A DNA stretch of 38,710 nucleotides from NCBI GenBank assembly GCA_964589315.1, contig CAZPTH010000002.1:1424-40133 (forward strand), given 5' to 3'. The position numbers and the translations under genes are program-made. Below the pieces are notes generated by a model. That model worked only from the letters and a program-made list of their open reading frames with translations, was not told where the DNA came from and did not search any database. Positions within the stretch are counted from its first letter, which is position 1. Every line of letters starts with the position of its first letter. The DNA comes from an uncultured Thermodesulfobacteriota bacterium. GTDB lineage: Bacteria > Desulfobacterota > S145-22. Positions 1 through 7,202 of this stretch are shown in pieces.

Positions 1-150
1 CCGCTGGATGACAATCGTAGCCTTGTCGACAAGTTCCTGCTCCCCGCTGTAGTTTCCCGCCCACGCGGCCCGGCTTAAAACGATTATCCCCATGAAAACC
101 GCGAGAAATAAAATTGCTCCTCTTTTTGCAACTTTATGCCTTTTAATCAT
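1..150 (-). CDS. 5' end of an exported protein, truncated by the window edge. Function is not assignable; there is only a faint resemblance to SYLF/Ysc84-type lipid-binding proteins.
   Basis: ATG is at 150..148, preceded by a GGGAGG SD (rc of 156..161). The translation MIKRHKVAKRGAILFLAVFMGIIVLSRAAWA|GNYSGEQELVDKATIVIQR has a charged n-region, a hydrophobic core and an AxA-like cleavage site. The frame is open to base 1. It is not in the ORF track because under 60 aa lie in the window. Confidence 0.4.
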   Translation of the reverse strand, partial: MIKRHKVAKRGAILFLAVFMGIIVLSRAAWAGNYSGEQELVDKATIVIQR

Positions 151-238
151 TCCTGCCTCCCTCTCTTTTTCCTATCGATAACACATTATAAAAAAAAACA
201 CAAATTGACCTGTTTCTTACGGAGGTTACGCGCAAAAC

Positions 239-1540
239 TTAATGTCTTTGATCAATAACACGCTTCGCCTTTCCCTCACTTCGCTCAATGACCTTGTAAG
301 GGACGATGCGCACATGGGCACTCAACCCGATAATCCCCTTGATGCGGTTCTGGATCTTTCCCTCGATCTCTTTCAGTTTTTCCTCGCCCTGGTCGTAGAA
401 CTCCCTCCTCGCCTCCACGTCGATGGCAAGTCGGTCCAGATAGCCCCGCTTGCTGACGATGATGACGTACTGGGGACTGACCTCCGGGATCTCGAGGAGG
501 ATGCTCTCGATCTGTGATGGGTAAAGGTTTACACCGTTCACAATGAGCATATCATCCGAGCGGGCCGCCACGCGATCCATTTTTAGGGAGGTTCGGCCAC
601 AGTCACACGGCTCCCGGTACAGCCGGGTCAGGTCCCGGACCCGGTATCGAATCAGCGGCATGGCCCGTCGCTGGATGGCCGTCAGGACAAGCTCCCCTTC
701 CTCCCCAAGGGGAAGGGGCTCCTCCGTCACGGGATCGATAATCTCAGCGATAAAATGATCCTCGTTGATGTGAAGCCCCCGCTTTTCCGAGCAACTGAAA
801 GCGACACCGGGACCTCCCATCTCTGTCAGCCCGTAGGATTCCATCGCCACGATCCCGAGGCGCTCCTCGATCTCGCGGCGCATCTCTTCCGACCAGGGTT
901 CGGCCCCAAAGACACCGATGCGGAGGGAGGACTCACGCAGGTTGATCCCCAATTCCGTCGCCTTCTCCGCGATAGTCAGGGCGTAGGAAGGCGTGGAAAA
1001 GATGACCGTGCTCTTGAAGTCCTGGATGAGAATAATTTGCCGCTCCGTCTGGCCGGAGCCGGATGGCACCAGGGTCGCCCCGAGGGTTTCCGCCCCTACC
1101 AGGAATCCAAGCCCCCCGGTAAAGAGTCCCATGTTGTAGGCGTTCTGGCAGATATCGGTGGAACGCACCCCGGCCGCCCAGAGAGTCCGGGCCATGCATT
1201 CCCCCCACTGTGCCATATCGTCCCGGGTATATCCCCCCGTAATCGGCTTTCCCGTTGTCCCGGAAGAGGCGTGAATCCGGACACAATCCTGAGGAGAAAC
1301 GGCAAACAGGCCGAAGGGGTAATTTTCCCTGAGGTCCGACTTGACGGTAAAGGGGAGACGCGTGAGGTCCTCGAGGCTCTGGATATCCCCGGGCCTCACC
1401 CCGTATTCGTCAAATTTTTCCCGGTAAAAGGGAACCCTTTCATAGACCCACGCTACCGTCTCCTTCAGCTTGGTCAACTGAAGGGCCCTCAGGGCCTCCT
1501 CCGGCATCGCCTCCGCCTTTTCATTCCAGAACTTTTTCAT
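239..1540 (-). CDS. Phenylacetate-CoA ligase / coenzyme F390 synthetase-family ANL adenylating enzyme
   Basis: ORF track 239..1591, with the start trimmed to the ATG at 1540 (MKKFWNEKAEAMPEEALRAL..., a typical family N-terminus). It carries the AMP-binding motif SSGTTGKP and the C-terminal lysine motif SEGKAKRVIDQR. Confidence 0.88.
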   Translation of the reverse strand: MKKFWNEKAEAMPEEALRALQLTKLKETVAWVYERVPFYREKFDEYGVRPGDIQSLEDLTRLPFTVKSDLRENYPFGLFAVSPQDCVRIHASSGTTGKPITGGYTRDDMAQWGECMARTLWAAGVRSTDICQNAYNMGLFTGGLGFLVGAETLGATLVPSGSGQTERQIILIQDFKSTVIFSTPSYALTIAEKATELGINLRESSLRIGVFGAEPWSEEMRREIEERLGIVAMESYGLTEMGGPGVAFSCSEKRGLHINEDHFIAEIIDPVTEEPLPLGEEGELVLTAIQRRAMPLIRYRVRDLTRLYREPCDCGRTSLKMDRVAARSDDMLIVNGVNLYPSQIESILLEIPEVSPQYVIIVSKRGYLDRLAIDVEARREFYDQGEEKLKEIEGKIQNRIKGIIGLSAHVRIVPYKVIERSEGKAKRVIDQRH

Positions 1541-1604
1541 GATACCCCTTTGGTCCCCGCCCGCGGAGATACCCACAGGCGGGGACAACAAGAATAGACA
1601 GGCC

Positions 1605-3170
1605 TCAGAGCTTGAAGCTCTCCGCCATTCCCGCGTACTGCTTTCTCAATTTCGGTTTTTCGATCTTTCCGGTCGGATTTCTCGGCACCTCTCCAAAGAT
1701 GATTTTTCTCGGGCGCTTATACCTGGGCAGTTCCTCGCAGAACTTGAAGATCTCCTCTTCCGTGAGGGTCTTTCCCGGTTTGACCTGGATAACGGCACAG
1801 ACGATCTCACCCAGCCGTTCGTCCGGAAGGCCAATGACCGCGGCGTCGCTGATGGCGGGATGCTCATGGAGAAAATCTTCCACCTCTACGGGAAAGATGT
1901 TCTCACCGCCTGTGATAATCACGTCCTTTTTCCGATCCACAAGCCAGATAAACCCGTCTTCATCCATCCTGGCGATATCGCCTGTCAGGAGCCATCCATC
2001 GATCAGGGTGCGGGCCGTGGCCTCCGGGTTCTTGTAATACTCCTTCATCACACCGGGGCCCTTGACCATCAGTTCTCCCGGCTGTCCGGGTTTCACGGGA
2101 TTGAGTTCCATGTCCACGATCTGGGTCTCCCAGTCGAATCCGGGCAGCCCGATCGCGCCGACCTTATGCTCGTTGCCCATCCCCAGGTGCACACATCCCG
2201 GTCCCGTGCTTTCACTCAGGCCGTAATCCGTATCGTAATCCTGGTTTGGAAAGATCTCTTTCCACTGCTTGATGAGGGCAGGCGGGACGGGTTGTGCCCC
2301 AATGTGCATCAGCCGCCATTGATCCAGTTCATAGTTTTTCAAATCCACGTCCCCATTCTCGATAGCGATCAGGATATCCTGTGCCCAGGGAACCAAAAGC
2401 CACACGATCGTCGCCTTCTCCTCGGAAACCGCCTCAAGGATCCACTGGGGTTTGATGCCTTTCAGGATGACCGCGGGGGCACCGACGATAAAATTCCCGA
2501 ACCAGTGCATCTTGGCCCCCGTGTGATAGAGGGGCGGGATGAGGAGAAAGTTGTCCTCGTGGGTCTGCAGATGGTGCCGGTTCTCCGTGATACAGGCCGA
2601 TTCCAGGTTCTTGTGCGTCAGCAGGATGGGTTTCGGCTGGCCCGTGGTTCCGGAGGTGAAATAAAGCCCCGCCTCATCCTCGTAATGGAGCTCGATTTTG
2701 GGTTCAGAGTCGTCATACTTATCGAGGATATCCCTGAAATTTTCCGTCCCGTCGGGCGATGAATCCCCCACGAAAAAGTAGTTTTCAATCGTTTCGAGAT
2801 CCTCCCTGATGGCATCCACCCGTTCAATAAACTCCTCCCCATAGATCATGGCCTTCGCCTCGGCAATCCGTGCACAGTAAAGGATATCGTCCGCCGTAAA
2901 ACGAAAGTTGAGCGGCACGGCCCACGCGCCGGTTCTCAAGATGCCGAAGTAAGCGGGGAGCCATTCCAGGCAATTCATCATGAGGTGAATAACCTTGTCC
3001 CCCTTCTTGATCCCTTTTTCAATCAGGGCGTTGGCAAACTTGTTTGCCTGATCATCAAATTCCTTCCACGTCATCTCCCGCCTGATTCCACTGTCCGGAA
3101 CCCGTTCAATCAGTGCAACCTCGTCTCCGTACATCCGGGCGTTTCTCGCAAGAATTTCCGTAACAAGCAT
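1605..3170 (-). CDS. AMP-dependent acyl-CoA synthetase/ligase (FadD/ANL superfamily)
   Basis: 521-aa ORF with motifs TSGTTGQPKP, YGLSE, TGDIARMDEDGFIWLVDRKKD and PRNPTGKIEK (A10 lysine). An AAGGAGG SD lies just upstream of the ATG at 3170. Confidence 0.9.
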   Translation of the reverse strand: MLVTEILARNARMYGDEVALIERVPDSGIRREMTWKEFDDQANKFANALIEKGIKKGDKVIHLMMNCLEWLPAYFGILRTGAWAVPLNFRFTADDILYCARIAEAKAMIYGEEFIERVDAIREDLETIENYFFVGDSSPDGTENFRDILDKYDDSEPKIELHYEDEAGLYFTSGTTGQPKPILLTHKNLESACITENRHHLQTHEDNFLLIPPLYHTGAKMHWFGNFIVGAPAVILKGIKPQWILEAVSEEKATIVWLLVPWAQDILIAIENGDVDLKNYELDQWRLMHIGAQPVPPALIKQWKEIFPNQDYDTDYGLSESTGPGCVHLGMGNEHKVGAIGLPGFDWETQIVDMELNPVKPGQPGELMVKGPGVMKEYYKNPEATARTLIDGWLLTGDIARMDEDGFIWLVDRKKDVIITGGENIFPVEVEDFLHEHPAISDAAVIGLPDERLGEIVCAVIQVKPGKTLTEEEIFKFCEELPRYKRPRKIIFGEVPRNPTGKIEKPKLRKQYAGMAESFKL

Positions 3171-3242
3171 ACCTCTCTCCTCCTTTCAGTTTTTATCATG
3201 GGTGGCTCCCGACCCCCCGAAACAGGGTTTCCGGCAAACCCC

Positions 3243-5204
3243 CTAAGTATCCGAATTTTCTTCCTTCTTCTCTGAGGAGGGCTCCCCGTCTTCGAATTCC
3301 ATTTTGATGAAAAGGATTCCCCCACCCTCCCTGGAAAGCTCCGCGTTGGGATATCTCTTCTTCAAAATATGAATCATGGGAATGTTCTCCTCCATGACCG
3401 TGGCGGTAAACCCCCTGTATTTGTTCTCCTTCGCAATCTTCTCCAGGTGACTCAGCAGAAACTTGGTAATGCCCCTTCCCTGGTAATCTTCCCGAACGAT
3501 AAAGGCCAGCATGGCGTAACCCGGCGTTTCGGGATCGTAGGCATACCGGCCAACGGCGACTATCTCCTCAACCCCTTCCGTCTGAATAATCCCCACCAGG
3601 GCCATATCCTTGCCGTAGGTGATATTCGTCCACTTCTGGGCCTTCTCATGGGGCCACTCCCGGACATTCTGGAAGAAACGGTAGTAGATCGATTTTTCCT
3701 CCAGCTTGTAGAAAAAATTCCGGCTCATGAATTCATCGCTGGGACGGATGGGTCTGAAATGAATCTTGGTTCCGTCCGGCAGCTCCAGATCCGTGGCGTA
3801 CCGCTCCAGGGCCAGCCAGTCCTCTTTGGGCGGGGCGATCTGGTCCTTGAAGATGTAGTGGTGCTTCTTCGCCTTCTCCATCAGGGACTTCCGGAACCGG
3901 GGATGCGCCACCTGGACCAGCTCCATCACCCTCTGGTAGATATCTTTGCCGTAGAGCTGGGCGATCCCGTATTCCGTGACCACGTATTTGGTATCCGCCC
4001 GGGTATTAGAAACCCCGGCCCCTTCACTCAGGTGGCTCACGATCCTGGAGACCTGACCGTTCTTGGCCGTGGAAGGCATGGCAATGATAGAAACCCCACC
4101 CCTGGACCTGTTCGCCCCCCGGATAAAATCGACCTGGTCCCCCATTCCACTGTAAAAGGTATATCCGAGGGAGTCGGAACAGACCTGTCCCGTGACATCG
4201 ATCTCCAGGGCTGTGCTGATGGATACGAGGTTGTCGTTCCGGGCAATGATATTCGGATGGTTAACATACTCGGACGGACGGAATTCCACCATGGGATTAT
4301 TGTTGACAAAACGGTAGAGCCGCTCCGTTCCCATGGCAAGGGAAGTAATAATCTTCCCTGGGTGGAAGTTTTTTCTCTTATTGGTGATCACCCCGCTTTC
4401 AATCAGGTCGATGAACCCGTCTGAAATCATCTGGGTATGAACCCCCAGGTCCTTTTTCCCCTTCAGGAAGGAGAGCGCGGCATTGGGGATCTTGCCGAAC
4501 CCCACCTGAAGGGTAGCCCCGTCTTCAATGAGCCGGGAAACAAAATATCCGATCCTCCGTGCCGTCTCGTCCAGGGCCGGGGGAATGGTCTCGTAAAGCG
4601 TTTCCTCGTAGGGGACCAGGATATCGATATCGTCCACGTGCACGAAGCTGTCTCCCCAGGTTTTCGGCATCTGGGGATTGATCTGGGCAATGACCAGTTC
4701 CGCGTTTCGAACGGCCGATTTCGTGATATCCACCGAGACCCCCAGGCTGCAAAAACCGTGCTCGTCGGGAGGGGTCACCTGGATCAGGGCCACATCCAGG
4801 CCGATCCGCTTGGTATCAAACAGGGTAGGAATCTCCGACAGATAGGCGGGGACGTAATTGATCTTTCCCTCCTCCGCCGCCTTACGGAGGCTCAGGCTGA
4901 CAAAAAAGGCCTTGATGGTGAAACGATCAAGAAAATCTTCCTGGTCCAGATAGCGGGCAAGGGTGAAAGGGAGGATCTGAAAGAGCTCCATATCCCGGGC
5001 ATCTTTGTATTCCACGAGGTGTCTGAGGAGATGTTGTGGCTCCCCGCATCCCGTGCCGATAAAAATCCGGCTGCCCCGCCGGATTTCCTTGATGGCTCGC
5101 TCCACCTTCCGGACCTTCTTCTGGTAACGGTCCTTCATAAGGGCGAACAACACACGGTTGGGATCCCGGTCTGTCAAAAGAGAGAAAAGATGGTTTTCAA
5201 CCAC
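3243..5204 (-). CDS. Fusion protein: acetyl-CoA hydrolase/transferase-family (4-hydroxybutyrate CoA-transferase-like) domain plus a C-terminal Pat-type GNAT acetyltransferase domain
   Basis: 653-aa ORF. The N-terminal ~450 aa carry CoA-transferase family motifs (IFIGTGCGEPQ, ALEIDVTGQV, SGMGDQVDFIRGA). The C-terminal ~190 aa carry HFRPIRPSDE, SIYYRFF, YGKDMALVG and GNAT motif A QGRGITKFLL. The start is uncertain: either GTG at 5204 with a weak SD, or ATG at 5138. Confidence 0.85.
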   Translation of the reverse strand: MVENHLFSLLTDRDPNRVLFALMKDRYQKKVRKVERAIKEIRRGSRIFIGTGCGEPQHLLRHLVEYKDARDMELFQILPFTLARYLDQEDFLDRFTIKAFFVSLSLRKAAEEGKINYVPAYLSEIPTLFDTKRIGLDVALIQVTPPDEHGFCSLGVSVDITKSAVRNAELVIAQINPQMPKTWGDSFVHVDDIDILVPYEETLYETIPPALDETARRIGYFVSRLIEDGATLQVGFGKIPNAALSFLKGKKDLGVHTQMISDGFIDLIESGVITNKRKNFHPGKIITSLAMGTERLYRFVNNNPMVEFRPSEYVNHPNIIARNDNLVSISTALEIDVTGQVCSDSLGYTFYSGMGDQVDFIRGANRSRGGVSIIAMPSTAKNGQVSRIVSHLSEGAGVSNTRADTKYVVTEYGIAQLYGKDIYQRVMELVQVAHPRFRKSLMEKAKKHHYIFKDQIAPPKEDWLALERYATDLELPDGTKIHFRPIRPSDEFMSRNFFYKLEEKSIYYRFFQNVREWPHEKAQKWTNITYGKDMALVGIIQTEGVEEIVAVGRYAYDPETPGYAMLAFIVREDYQGRGITKFLLSHLEKIAKENKYRGFTATVMEENIPMIHILKKRYPNAELSREGGGILFIKMEFEDGEPSSEKKEENSDT

Positions 5205-5317
5205 GTTGCACCCGTTTGATTATACGCTTGGGACAGGGCCTGTCTCCGCCCCTCCTGTTAGAATTTTCACATGCCTAACTTTAAAAAAACCCCCGATGAA
5301 AGTCAAGGTAGCGGGTT

Positions 5318-5346
5318 TTGACTTGCCATGAAAATTCTGGTAGAAA
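5318..5346 (+). promoter_or_regulatory. Candidate sigma70-type promoter (TTGACT-N17-TAGAAA)
   Basis: TTGACT at 5318..5323, a 17-nt spacer, then TAGAAA at 5341..5346. It sits ~28 nt upstream of the micro-ORF at 5374. Confidence 0.35.
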
Positions 5347-5373
5347 TGAATCAACAATTAATTGAGGAATGTT

Positions 5374-5466
5374 ATGGATAGCGACTTACTCTGGCTACTT
5401 GTCATTTTTGGTGTATGGTTCATTCTGAACAGGTTTGTATTCCCCAAACTGGGGGTCTCCACCTGA
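5374..5466 (+). CDS. Candidate 30-aa single-TM micro-protein (MDSDLLWLLVIFGVWFILNRFVFPKLGVST). It may continue through the in-frame TGA to 5529.
   Basis: ATG at 5374 with a GAGGA SD (5364..5368, 5-nt spacing) and a hydrophobic helix. The TGA at 5464..5466 is followed in the same frame by ATG...TAG (5467..5529, MSEACSIEDRYKEKNKSKSK). The ORF is below the ORF-track length cut-off. Confidence 0.35.
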   Translation: MDSDLLWLLVIFGVWFILNRFVFPKLGVST

Positions 5467-5601
5467 ATGAGCGAGGCATGCAGTATCGAGGATCGATACA
5501 AGGAAAAAAACAAGTCTAAATCGAAATAGTCTCCCCCATAAACTCTTTTTTATTCCAAGATACTCTTTGCCAGGAGGCAGAGAATTTATTGGAAGAAAAG
5601 G

Positions 5602-5630
5602 TTGACAGTCGGGGAAACGAAGATTACATT
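5602..5630 (+). promoter_or_regulatory. Candidate sigma70-type promoter (TTGACA-N17-TACATT)
   Basis: TTGACA at 5602..5607, a 17-nt spacer, then TACATT at 5625..5630. It lies upstream of the FmdB-like gene. Confidence 0.4.
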
Positions 5631-5659
5631 ATTCCAGACCTTAAAGGAGGTGAGAGAGG

Positions 5660-5863
5660 GTGCCCATTTACGAGTTTAAGTGCAAAGAGTGTGGACATGA
5701 ATTTGAGCTCATCATGCGGGCGAGTGCCAACAAGGAAGAGGTCACCTGCCCGAAATGCCATGCAAAGAACCCGGATCGTTTGATGTCGGCCTTCTCCGCG
5801 GGAACCAGCAGCAGCGGCAGTTTCTCGGCTTCCAGCTCCTGTGGCAGCGGGGCCTTTACCTGA
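5660..5863 (+). CDS. FmdB-family zinc-ribbon protein (CxxC...CxxC with a Ser/Gly-rich tail)
   Basis: GTG start at 5660 with an AAAGGAGG SD (5642..5649). The sequence MPIYEFKCKECGHEFE...VTCPKCH followed by an SSSGSFSASSSCGSG tail is the characteristic layout of the FmdB 'putative regulatory protein' family. Confidence 0.85.
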   Translation: MPIYEFKCKECGHEFELIMRASANKEEVTCPKCHAKNPDRLMSAFSAGTSSSGSFSASSSCGSGAFT

Positions 5864-5906
5864 GCGGCCTGATCCCGTCGTAACCGTGGGTTACGATTGA
5901 AATGGC

Positions 5907-5936
5907 GACCGGGTGAAATTCACCCGGTCATTTATT
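5907..5936 (+). terminator. Rho-independent terminator after the FmdB-like gene
   Basis: Perfect 10-bp stem GACCGGGTGA (5907..5916) / TCACCCGGTC (5920..5929) with a 3-nt loop, followed by ATTTATT. Confidence 0.6.
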
Positions 5937-5947
5937 CCCCAAAAAAT

Positions 5948-5976
5948 TTGACAATCCCGACAAACTGAAGTATAAG
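5948..5976 (+). promoter_or_regulatory. Candidate sigma70-type promoter (TTGACA-N17-TATAAG)
   Basis: TTGACA at 5948..5953, a 17-nt spacer, then TATAAG at 5971..5976. It lies upstream of the 67-aa ORF. Confidence 0.4.
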
Positions 5977-6013
5977 CAGAAAAAGTGAAGCGCCAAAAAG
6001 AGGAGGAATTTCT

Positions 6014-6217
6014 TTGGCACAATACAGTGATGATTTTAGAGACGATGAAATGGTCTATGACCTGATTTTAACCAATATTGTCCACCAGAATGCATTGGTC
6101 GACCTTTTAGTCAAAAAGGGCCTCATCACGCGGGAAGAGCTCCGCGATGCCCTTAAAAATAACGGCATGGTCATTGAGGAAGAAATCACCGCAAAGAAAC
6201 CGGGCCAATTTCATTAA
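6014..6217 (+). CDS. Hypothetical small acidic/helical protein (67 aa), no family recognised
   Basis: TTG start with an AGAGGAGG SD directly upstream and its own promoter-like element. The protein is MAQYSDDFRDDEMVYDLILTNIVHQNALVDLLVKKGLITREEL... Confidence 0.55.
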   Translation: MAQYSDDFRDDEMVYDLILTNIVHQNALVDLLVKKGLITREELRDALKNNGMVIEEEITAKKPGQFH

Positions 6218-6295
6218 GCCCCTCTCCTCTCTTCCCCTTTAAAAAAGAGATTCTGATTCATTTCCGGGCCGTATTGCGCCCATGGGCAAGGGAAT

Positions 6296-6988
6296 CTAAT
6301 CTGATCCTTGAATATCTGAAACGAAAAGGCTGACCAGGGAGATGATATCAAACACGGGTCGGCCTATGGCCATCTGAACGGCTTTTCGATACGGGGAAAG
6401 GTTCGTGCATTCCAGGACCACGGCCGGGAGATCCGGGTTCAATAAAATAAATTCCCGCACCACGTTGACTACTTCAGTTTCAAGAAGTTCGGGCTCCAGA
6501 GAGACCTCTTCACGCATAATCGCCTGGTTAAAATGCTCGCAATCATCCATGCCCGCCACCTTCACCGGGACATCTCCCGCGCCGACACCCCTGAAATGGG
6601 CCCCCGTCAAGTGCCGGGCGGAAGCCGTTATAACGCCTATGGTTCTTTGGCGGCCGAACATGTGTTCCAGCAATGGCAGGATGAGCAGAGACGACGAGAT
6701 AAAGGGGACGGACAGGGCCCTGCCAATCTCCTCCTGATACCGGGCCAAAAAGCCACAACTCGCCGCAATCAGGCTCGCCCCTTCCCGTTCAAGAAACCTT
6801 CCCTCCTCGACAAAGAGGGGAACGAGCCCCGCGTCCCCCTGCGCCACAACACGCTGGACATCCGCGCCCCTGACAGTCCGGGTTACGACAGGGAAGGGGA
6901 ATGTCTCGGGGTTACCGATTTCACCCCTGACACGCGTGAATTTCGTTTCGAGCAACAGGACACCGAGCTTAAAACCGTTACTCTTCAT
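6296..6988 (-). CDS. Asp/Glu/hydantoin racemase-superfamily protein
   Basis: 230-aa ORF. Its N-terminus LGVLLLETKFTRVRGEIGNPETFPFPV and paired Cys-containing segments (AASCGF, LECTNL) fit the two-cysteine racemase/isomerase fold family. Substrate is unknown. Confidence 0.7.
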   Translation of the reverse strand: MKSNGFKLGVLLLETKFTRVRGEIGNPETFPFPVVTRTVRGADVQRVVAQGDAGLVPLFVEEGRFLEREGASLIAASCGFLARYQEEIGRALSVPFISSSLLILPLLEHMFGRQRTIGVITASARHLTGAHFRGVGAGDVPVKVAGMDDCEHFNQAIMREEVSLEPELLETEVVNVVREFILLNPDLPAVVLECTNLSPYRKAVQMAIGRPVFDIISLVSLFVSDIQGSD

Positions 6989-7193
6989 CTCCCGGCCCTT
7001 CCCGAAAGATTTTTGCGTTTAGCCGGTTATATAAGGCGAGTTGCTCCGCCAGGCTCATGTGCTTTTTGGGTGGTCCCTTCTTCCGGCACAGGCGGCAGCG
7101 GTCTTCACTGCACCACTGGCAAAAGTGGCAGTCGGGGCAGGGGTGCTTTTTCGGAGGAGACTGCCCCCCACATCCTTTTTCACACGTGGAAAT
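6978..7193 (-). CDS. Candidate unannotated Cys-rich small protein (about 71 aa if started at ATT 7193; only 26 aa from the first ATG at 7058)
   Basis: The frame is open from the pstB TAG (7203..7205) to TAA (6978..6980). It encodes ...STCEKGCGGQSPPKKHPCPDCHFCQWCSEDRCRLCRKKGPPKKHMSLAEQLALYNRLNAKIFREGPGDEE. An AGGGAG SD lies 5 nt before an ATT codon. The stop overlaps the racemase-like gene start (ATG 6988). No ATG, GTG or TTG precedes the Cys cluster. Confidence 0.3.
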   Translation of the reverse strand: MSTCEKGCGGQSPPKKHPCPDCHFCQWCSEDRCRLCRKKGPPKKHMSLAEQLALYNRLNAKIFREGPGDEE

Positions 7194-7202
7194 TGTTTCT
7201 CC

